Virus record (IMG/VR): IMGVR_UViG_3300044701_001468 | DNA: 64,000 nucleotides | Source: a virus | Reading direction: 5' to 3' (one strand) | In this document: piece after piece, positions 59,413-64,000 of the stretch | How the letters are laid out: the number at the start of each line of letters is the position of its first letter | How positions within the stretch are numbered: position 1 is the stretch's first letter | Program-made: the position numbers and the translations under genes | Notes under the pieces: model-generated | What the model was told of the DNA's origin: nothing | Databases searched by the model: none | The model's input: only the letters and a program-made list of their open reading frames with translations

Positions 59413-59627
59413 TATTGGTCGAAATTACTTTCGATCCTATTTATTCTAGCATACAGATCGTCCAGTGTCAAATTTAATTTTTCATAGTCCTCCTTATGCG
59501 GCGGACGATAATAAATCACAAACGGATCTGGTAATTTACTTAAACGTAACTCTATTTTACTTAGAGTTCTTTCTAGATTCTTTAGTTGAATCTCCAAATC
59601 CTTTACCTGCTGTTCTAGTGTCACCAT
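59412..59627 (-). CDS. Hypothetical coiled-coil protein (start uncertain)
   Basis: LE..L..LE.RL heptads then YRPP motif; coupled to the next ORF. Confidence 0.55.
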   Translation of the reverse strand: MVTLEQQVKDLEIQLKNLERTLSKIELRLSKLPDPFVIYYRPPHKEDYEKLNLTLDDLYARINRIESNFDQ

Positions 59628-59889
59628 AGAGATCTCGCAGGTTGTCTTCGAGACTTTCGGTAGACTCGATGTTGCTTCCAAAGGATGAGGAGTCTTCATA
59701 AATTACATTTCCAGTTTCATCAAAAGTTGAAATATTTACTTTGTCATCAGTGCTGTATATACCCTGATACCACTTGTCTGCTAACTCTAGCATGTGATCA
59801 GCTAACTTATCATAATCAGTGAAAGTTTGATCGTCAACCACTTCACCTTCCTTGTTAACAATTTGATAATTAATCTTCTTCTCGGTCAT
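59557..59889 (-). CDS. Hypothetical acidic protein
   Basis: ORF starting MTEKKINY; plausible composition. Confidence 0.6.
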   Translation of the reverse strand: MTEKKINYQIVNKEGEVVDDQTFTDYDKLADHMLELADKWYQGIYSTDDKVNISTFDETGNVIYEDSSSFGSNIESTESLEDNLRDLYGDTRTAGKGFGDSTKESRKNSK

Positions 59890-60070
59890 TTGCAAATTCC
59901 TCGTCAACTCGTTCAACTAAAATAGTGCCATCTTTGTTCACACTCCATTCTAGCACATCGCCCTCTTCCCATCCAACACTTTCTAATAGGTCTTCGGGGA
60001 GTGTTACGAAATACTCCTGAAAGTCATCATTGTATTCTACCGTTGTTTCGTATACTTTATGCATTATCAT
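59870..60070 (-). CDS. AbrB/MazE/SpoVT-like DNA-binding domain protein
   Basis: FVTLPEDLLESVGWEEGDVLEW...DGTILVER matches the swapped-hairpin signature (.TLP......LGW..GD.L). Confidence 0.7.
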   Translation of the reverse strand: MIMHKVYETTVEYNDDFQEYFVTLPEDLLESVGWEEGDVLEWSVNKDGTILVERVDEEFANDREED

Positions 60071-60091
60071 TCATATAATCTTTTTTATATA

Positions 60092-60274
60092 TCACACTTT
60101 TGAAAGAATACGCCCATGCGGTAACCATTTCTCACACTTTGAAATCCCATAAAGAAATTCATCATATTTTTTATATGTTATTGTTACCTGTCTTCCATTG
60201 GTGCTGAAAGCATGAATCTCCATGGAACTTTGGTCTATTATAACATAACTTATCTCTTCCACAACATACTCCAA
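60092..60274 (-). CDS. Hypothetical protein (60 aa)
   Basis: ORF with GGAG ribosome binding site. Confidence 0.55.
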   Translation of the reverse strand: MEYVVEEISYVIIDQSSMEIHAFSTNGRQVTITYKKYDEFLYGISKCEKWLPHGRILSKV

Positions 60275-60396
60275 AGTTCTTTCAGTACTATGTAGATATA
60301 CCCAAACTCTTCCATTCTAGTCGTCTTGGTGGACCTCGGATTGCATAGAGTAATTCCAGATTGCCATGGGCGAACGTTTTGAGGTTTTTGAGTCAT
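60250..60396 (-). CDS. Hypothetical protein (about 48 aa)
   Basis: Short ORF from MTQKP; overlaps the next gene; weak support. Confidence 0.35.
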   Translation of the reverse strand: MTQKPQNVRPWQSGITLCNPRSTKTTRMEEFGYIYIVLKELWSMLWKR

Positions 60397-60538
60397 TTTT
60401 ATTTGGGAAAAATTTTTTTTATAAACGTGTAATCGATCGAGCGTTTTCAAAGTTTTGTAGGTTAATAGTATCTATGACTTTTCGCTCGGCCGCGCCGCCA
60501 TAACGATAACGTTATAATATAACTGCTGCTCTGCCCCC

Positions 60539-60748
60539 TCAGGGGAGGGCAGCGAGTGCCTTCCTGATCACGGCGGACATGCCAGGGGAGATGGTGCTGC
60601 GCCCCTTGCTGCCATGCGTCGGCAGGATGATGTCAGTCTGCCAGGCGGGGTGATTCCAGATCTGATGCGATGCTGTCGTTCGCTTGAGCACGGCGCCGCT
60701 CGCTTTCAGATCTCGCTCCGCTTGCTTCCACTTGAGAGGTGAGGGCAT
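60539..60748 (-). CDS. hicA: HicA-like mRNA interferase (no HicB nearby)
   Basis: 69 aa; KxKQAERDLKASG...TASHQIWNHP...ILPTH...ISPGM..VIRKAL fits the HicA pattern with the catalytic His retained. Confidence 0.72.
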   Translation of the reverse strand: MPSPLKWKQAERDLKASGAVLKRTTASHQIWNHPAWQTDIILPTHGSKGRSTISPGMSAVIRKALAALP

Positions 60749-60772
60749 GGTGTGATAGGATGATGGGTCGGG

Positions 60773-60970
60773 TCAGTCTTCAAATGTGGGGAGTTTGGCG
60801 ATCGCCTCATCATGATGGGTCTCGGCATACTGGGCGGCGAGGACAGAGGCAGGCAGTCCCCAATGGATGAACTGAGAGGGGCGACTGCCGTTGTTCAGTT
60901 GATCGTGGCGGGAGATCCACCGAATCTGGCGGGTGGCGAGGTCAGAGCACTGGGCGAGGGGGAAGCGCAT
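60773..60970 (-). CDS. Early hypothetical protein (65 aa)
   Basis: Preceded by a degenerate copy of the repeated promoter cassette. Confidence 0.7.
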   Translation of the reverse strand: MRFPLAQCSDLATRQIRWISRHDQLNNGSRPSQFIHWGLPASVLAAQYAETHHDEAIAKLPTFED

Positions 60971-61010
60971 TGGTTGGTTGCTGATGTGGTTAGTCTACAG
61001 GGTCAGCGCC

Positions 61011-61160
61011 TCAGCGCCCATCCCAGCAGGCAGTCTGCCAACCGTCCCGCTCCATACGGCGGCGGTCGAAGTCGTCAGCATCCCAGCGATCGTCGAAGTC
61101 CATGTCGAAGATCTCGCCAGGGGCATCTTGGATCTCGGTGAAGCAGGTGTCGAATTCCAT
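61011..61160 (-). CDS. Early acidic mini-protein (49 aa), not in the ORF track
   Basis: MEFDTCFTEIQDAPGEIFDMDFDDRWDADDFDRRRMERDGWQTACWDGR; own promoter cassette. Confidence 0.7.
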   Translation of the reverse strand: MEFDTCFTEIQDAPGEIFDMDFDDRWDADDFDRRRMERDGWQTACWDGR

Positions 61161-61184
61161 GGTTCGTTTCGTTTGATTGATCTT

Positions 61185-61244
61185 AGTCTACAGGGTCGGG
61201 GTCAGTCCAGCGAGGCGATCTGTGCCACCTTCTCTGCTGTCACA
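61185..61244 (-). promoter_or_regulatory. Early promoter cassette with operator
   Basis: Minus strand TGTGACA-N10-TGGCACA, 30 bp, TAGACT. Confidence 0.75.
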
Positions 61245-61342
61245 GCGTCAAGGGTCTGGGCAGTCTGCAGGATGGCGCCAGCGGTCTGAGAGAACATCAG
61301 CAGCAGAGCAGCAGCGAGGGCGAGGCGAAGGGTGTTTGCCAT
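61202..61342 (-). CDS. Early mini-protein with hydrophobic N-terminus (46 aa)
   Basis: MANTLRLALAAALLLMFSQTAGA...; signal- or TM-like; its 3' end encodes the next operator. Confidence 0.55.
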   Translation of the reverse strand: MANTLRLALAAALLLMFSQTAGAILQTAQTLDAVTAEKVAQIASLD

Positions 61343-61349
61343 GCTAGGA

Positions 61350-61511
61350 TCAGCGATCGAACTGAGCGAGGGAGGAAGGGGCGATGTGAGAGGGAGAACC
61401 ACAGGAGCGGTAGAAGTCTACCATACGCTCTGCCTCTGCCAGGGTGGGGAACCACTGCGACCGCCACTCACAGGCATTGTAGGGGGTCTGGTAGCGAACT
61501 TCGATTCTCAT
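61350..61511 (-). CDS. Early mini-protein (53 aa), not in the ORF track
   Basis: MRIEVRYQTPYNACEWRSQWFPTLAEAERMVDFYRSCGSPSHIAPSSLAQFDR; own promoter cassette. Confidence 0.7.
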   Translation of the reverse strand: MRIEVRYQTPYNACEWRSQWFPTLAEAERMVDFYRSCGSPSHIAPSSLAQFDR

Positions 61512-61551
61512 GGTCGTCTCGTTTGGTTGACTCTGTTAGTCTAGAGGATGA

Positions 61552-61746
61552 TCAGTTGCACCAGGCGGCGAGGTGTGCCAGTTCGCCTGCCGTCTCCTGC
61601 AGGTTGGATTCGGTCAGACCAGCGAGGCAGGATTCGAGATCATCGGGGTCGATGGCGTCGATGTCCCCATTGATCTCCCATGCCTGTGCCTCAGCGAGGG
61701 CGAGGCAGCGATCACGAAGCGAGAGGGTGAAGGTCTTTTCTTTCAT
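61552..61746 (-). CDS. Early hypothetical protein (64 aa), probably leaderless
   Basis: ATG lies 6 nt after TAGACT. Confidence 0.7.
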   Translation of the reverse strand: MKEKTFTLSLRDRCLALAEAQAWEINGDIDAIDPDDLESCLAGLTESNLQETAGELAHLAAWCN

Positions 61747-61755
61747 GCTGTTAGT

Positions 61756-61998
61756 CTAGATGGAGATGGTCTCGTGACGCTGCAGCAGGGTGCGGTTTGC
61801 CCACTGTCCCAGCGAGGTGCCAGGCATCATCAGGCGCAGCATGTCACGGCGGCGGCAGTCGTGACCGCTGACGCTGCCAGAGTGCCATTGCACGATGGCG
61901 CGACGGGTCAGGGGCGACAGGATCACACGCTCACAGGCGCTGCTAGGGCGTTGCACGTTGATGAACACAGGCAGGTGATCGATGGCGAAGTTCAGCAT
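61756..61998 (-). CDS. Early hypothetical protein (80 aa)
   Basis: Own promoter cassette; GC-rich codon usage. Confidence 0.7.
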   Translation of the reverse strand: MLNFAIDHLPVFINVQRPSSACERVILSPLTRRAIVQWHSGSVSGHDCRRRDMLRLMMPGTSLGQWANRTLLQRHETISI

Positions 61999-62082
61999 GG
62001 GTTGGGTTGTTTGGTTGACTCTGTTAGTCTAGAGGGTCGGCGGTCGATGCTGGGGGCAGCGTGTGCCACCCCCTCAGGTGTC

Positions 62083-62511
62083 CTAATAGTCGCTGAACAC
62101 AGCAACCTGACGATACTTCACTTCACAGCAGGTGAAATCGTAACGCAGGGAGGAATCGTAGGTTGCCTGCCAATCTACAACCAAAGCACAGGGAACATCG
62201 TGCAGATCGCTATAGTATTCTTCAGCGAAGTCTGCCTCAGATTCATACCAACCACGGAAGCGATCATCACATCCTTCGATGTCAGAAACGCAACCCATTT
62301 CACCAATCAAAGCATCAACGGCATCATATCCGATCGCTTCACCACAGCGGCAATACTCTTCATAATAGGAGACAAAATCGTTCTCATTGTAGGTGTCGAT
62401 GAACTCCAGCATATCATCCAGAGCATAGTTCTCATCGATCAATTCATCGATCTTCTCAACAGCAGCAGCGGAGAGAACTTCTTTGTAGTTTGCAGTCAAG
62501 GTGATGCTCAT
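62083..62511 (-). CDS. ardA: ArdA-like acidic antirestriction (DNA-mimic) protein
   Basis: Very Asp/Glu-rich; FRGWYESEADFAEEYY...VVDWQATY..L..DF...VF resembles the ArdA C-terminal motif. Confidence 0.62.
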   Translation of the reverse strand: MSITLTANYKEVLSAAAVEKIDELIDENYALDDMLEFIDTYNENDFVSYYEEYCRCGEAIGYDAVDALIGEMGCVSDIEGCDDRFRGWYESEADFAEEYYSDLHDVPCALVVDWQATYDSSLRYDFTCCEVKYRQVAVFSDY

Positions 62512-62535
62512 GTCGTTTGTTTGGTTGACTCTGTT

Positions 62536-62594
62536 AGTATGGCAGGGATTGGGGAGGAAGTCAAGAGGTCTGTGCCACTTGTTGGATTGTCACA
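62536..62594 (-). promoter_or_regulatory. Strong early promoter with operator for the ArdA-like gene
   Basis: TGTGACA-N10-TGGCACA, then TTGACT, 17 bp, TGc-CATACT. Confidence 0.8.
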
Positions 62595-62757
62595 TCCCGT
62601 TCAGGAAGTCTGCCATCGCCTCCTGATACTCATCATAGGTTTTGAAGCGGTCAGCGAAGCGAGCGGGCACCTTGCCATCGAACTTAGCAGGGGCGGGCAG
62701 GTCGCGCCCCTTGGCGAGGATCTGCTGTTCATAGACGTTGGGGTTGAAGCGGGTCAT
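62590..62757 (-). CDS. Early mini-protein (55 aa), not in the ORF track
   Basis: MTRFNPNVYEQQILAKGRDLPAPAKFDGKVPARFADRFKTYDEYQEAMADFLNGM; own promoter cassette. Confidence 0.7.
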   Translation of the reverse strand: MTRFNPNVYEQQILAKGRDLPAPAKFDGKVPARFADRFKTYDEYQEAMADFLNGM

Positions 62758-62838
62758 TCGGTCTCGTTTGTTTGGTATGCTTTAGTCTACAGGGTCAGGC
62801 GGGGGATCTGGTCCCCCTTGTGCCACCTTGCCAACTGG

Positions 62839-63072
62839 TCAGGGCAGCACCGCCAGACGCTCAGCGAGTCGCGCCTTCGCTTGAATCTCCTCAAGCGAGG
62901 GGATCTGTTCAATCCAACGCATCTCACACTTAGAGTAATCGTATCCCTGAACTTCCAATTCTTTCATGTATGCCACAGCGGCGGAGTGATAATCGAACAG
63001 ACGCAGGGAAGAGAAGTCTTCACCTTCATAATCCCATCCGCCGATGACAGCGTAGGCGCGAGGCGTTTCCAT
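62839..63072 (-). CDS. Early hypothetical protein (77 aa)
   Basis: Start reset to METPRAYAV downstream of the cassette (TTGCGA-17-AATACT) and a GGAG ribosome binding site. Confidence 0.7.
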   Translation of the reverse strand: METPRAYAVIGGWDYEGEDFSSLRLFDYHSAAVAYMKELEVQGYDYSKCEMRWIEQIPSLEEIQAKARLAERLAVLP

Positions 63073-63100
63073 TTGATCTCCGTTTCGTTTGGTATGCTTT

Positions 63101-63196
63101 AGTATTGCACCGATCGGGGGGCATCGCAAGGGGGTCTGTGCCACCTGTGCTAGTGTCCACTGCCCCCTAGACAGACGCCCCCTAGGCGACTAACCT
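63101..63196. promoter_or_regulatory. Operator with back-to-back sigma70-like promoters
   Basis: Minus: TTGCGA-17-AATACT. Plus: TAGACA (63168)-17-TAACCT (63191). Both -35 boxes lie 7 bp from the site at 63137-63160. Confidence 0.55.
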
Positions 63197-63245
63197 AGAG
63201 GGCGGGAGGGGAGGGAAGGGGGCAGCGAAGCGGCCGCCCAGTTTG

Positions 63246-63422
63246 TTATACTTCCAGTAGTTCAGGATAGTATTGCTGAACCTCTTCATTCAGTTCTTCA
63301 TCGTTATACTTATCGTATCCCTCCATGAGATAATCGTAGCAGAGACACATCATAGTTTTGAGATCCATGTCATCCAACATTTGCTGGACAAGTTGATCCT
63401 GAAGTTCTTTGCGATCCATCAT
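63246..63422 (-). CDS. Acidic mini-protein (58 aa), not in the ORF track
   Basis: MMDRKELQDQLVQQMLDDMDLKTMMCLCYDYLMEGYDKYNDEELNEEVQQYYPELLEV; ATGA overlap with the upstream gene. Confidence 0.7.
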   Translation of the reverse strand: MMDRKELQDQLVQQMLDDMDLKTMMCLCYDYLMEGYDKYNDEELNEEVQQYYPELLEV

Positions 63423-63544
63423 TTGTTCAGGGGAGAATTGTAGAAAGATTTGAACACCGAAATCACAATGATAGCGGTGGAGATGACACCAACGAACCCG
63501 AGGTAAGTTACAGCGTCACCAGTGAAATTGTAAGATTCAGGCAT
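63419..63544 (-). CDS. Single-TM mini-protein (41 aa), not in the ORF track
   Basis: MPESYNFTGDAVTYLGFVGVISTAIIVISVFKSFYNSPLNK; own promoter cassette. Confidence 0.7.
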   Translation of the reverse strand: MPESYNFTGDAVTYLGFVGVISTAIIVISVFKSFYNSPLNK

Positions 63545-63564
63545 CGGATTTGTTTGACTCTGTT

Positions 63565-63659
63565 AGTATTGCATCAAATGTGGGCAGATGGTGATACCCT
63601 GTGCCACTTGTTGAACTGGCACAGGGTCACTTGACAATGATATCAGAACTCGATAGTCT
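63565..63659. promoter_or_regulatory. Perfect palindromic operator with back-to-back promoters
   Basis: CCCTGTGCCA-N10-TGGCACAGGG (63597-63626). Minus -10 AATACT at 63565-63570. Plus: TTGACA (63631)-17-TAGTCT (63654). Confidence 0.65.
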
Positions 63660-63780
63660 CAAGGGTAGGAGAATTCTGATACTCATCTGCCGAATCTTCG
63701 GTCAGAGTATCAAGAACTGCCATCAGTTCGTTACCATCAGCGGCACGATTGAGCAGGGAAAGCATTACTTCTTTGGTCAT
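63643..63780 (-). CDS. Mini-protein (45 aa), not in the ORF track
   Basis: MTKEVMLSLLNRAADGNELMAVLDTLTEDSADEYQNSPTLETIEF. Confidence 0.65.
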   Translation of the reverse strand: MTKEVMLSLLNRAADGNELMAVLDTLTEDSADEYQNSPTLETIEF

Positions 63781-63822
63781 GATGTTGTTGGGGGTAAGGT
63801 ATACTATAGAGATTGAATATGA

Positions 63823-63951
63823 TTAGACATCATATTCAATTGTCATCGTATCTTCGATGATATAATCATCGATGATATAACCATCTTCATCTAGAAAGAT
63901 ATCAGCCACCTCTTGTTCTACAATTTCTTGATACATTTCAGAAATGGTCAT
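63823..63951 (-). CDS. Very acidic mini-protein (42 aa), not in the ORF track
   Basis: MTISEMYQEIVEQEVADIFLDEDGYIIDDYIIEDTMTIEYDV; AGGAG ribosome binding site. Confidence 0.6.
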   Translation of the reverse strand: MTISEMYQEIVEQEVADIFLDEDGYIIDDYIIEDTMTIEYDV

Positions 63952-64000
63952 TAGTTAACTCCTTGAGGATTAATTAAATTTATAACTTTAAAGTTATAAA

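Larger units (their letters stand above)
60971..63623 (-). repeat. Nine dispersed copies of an early promoter/leader cassette
   Basis: TGTGCCA half-sites (plus strand) at 61221, 61574, 62062, 62571, 62819, 63137 and 63600, each 29-30 bp from a TAGACT/CATACT/AATACT -10 box; two degenerate copies near 60990 and 61755; shared leaders AACAGAGTCAA and AAAGCATACCAAAC. Confidence 0.85.

Noticed and set aside
59412-59699. ORF-track N-terminal extensions (also 10971, 13623, 59916, 60450, 61402, 63144)
   Set aside because: They run through upstream genes or promoter cassettes; downstream starts with a ribosome binding site or stop-start coupling are more plausible
61573-63102. 509-aa plus-strand ORF as a real gene
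   Set aside because: Exactly codon-aligned antisense to five minus-strand genes, with a GTG start inside an operator and shadow-like composition; kept only as a phase observation
60971-63623. CRISPR array interpretation of the repeats
   Set aside because: The repeats are degenerate and promoter-like, the spacers are 190-580 bp and encode ORFs, and no cas genes are present
61221-63623. TGGCAC as a sigma54 -24 box, or the site as a CRP or NtcA box
   Set aside because: No TTGC at the -12 spacing; the half-site spacing is N10, not TGTGA-N6-TCACA or GTA-N8-TAC; cyanobacteria lack sigma54
63601-63816. 71-aa plus-strand ORF
   Set aside because: It begins inside the operator, upstream of the putative plus-strand promoter, and is antisense to a credible 45-aa gene
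1-64000. tRNA genes, rRNA genes and auxiliary metabolic genes
   Set aside because: No cloverleaf or T-loop signatures or recognisable metabolic genes seen by eye; a tRNAscan-SE or Infernal run would be needed to exclude them formally

Overview
A 64-kb segment of a T4-like myovirus genome, most likely a T4-like cyanophage (Kyanoviridae-type gene order). The host is inferred only: no photosynthesis or other host-diagnostic genes are in the window. All credible genes are on the minus strand. In transcription order (right to left): (1) 60.5-64 kb, an early-type island (GC-rich over about 60.5-63.2 kb) of tiny ORFs, including an ArdA-like antirestriction protein and an orphan HicA-like RNase. Nearly every ORF has its own copy of a repeated promoter cassette (palindromic TGTGCCA-N10-TGGCACA-type site 29-30 bp upstream of a sigma70-like -10 box). 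(2) Baseplate and fibre genes: PAAR-like, gp25, gp6, giant gp7, gp8, VrlC-like, a 1333-aa protein and a 3215-aa fibre. (3) An AT-rich accessory block after the fibre: a putative chaperone, a coiled-coil protein and a peptidase-U32-like/SAM-methyltransferase fusion. (4) The neck, packaging, tail and head cluster gp13-gp23, then gp3, uvsY and uvsW, driven by T4 late-type (N)ATAAATA promoters. No tRNA, rRNA, CRISPR array, integrase, transposase, reverse transcriptase, intron or intein was recognised. Family calls come from motif recognition by eye, not from database searches. The best candidates for new biology are the fibre-tip/U32-methyltransferase module and the operator-controlled early gene array.
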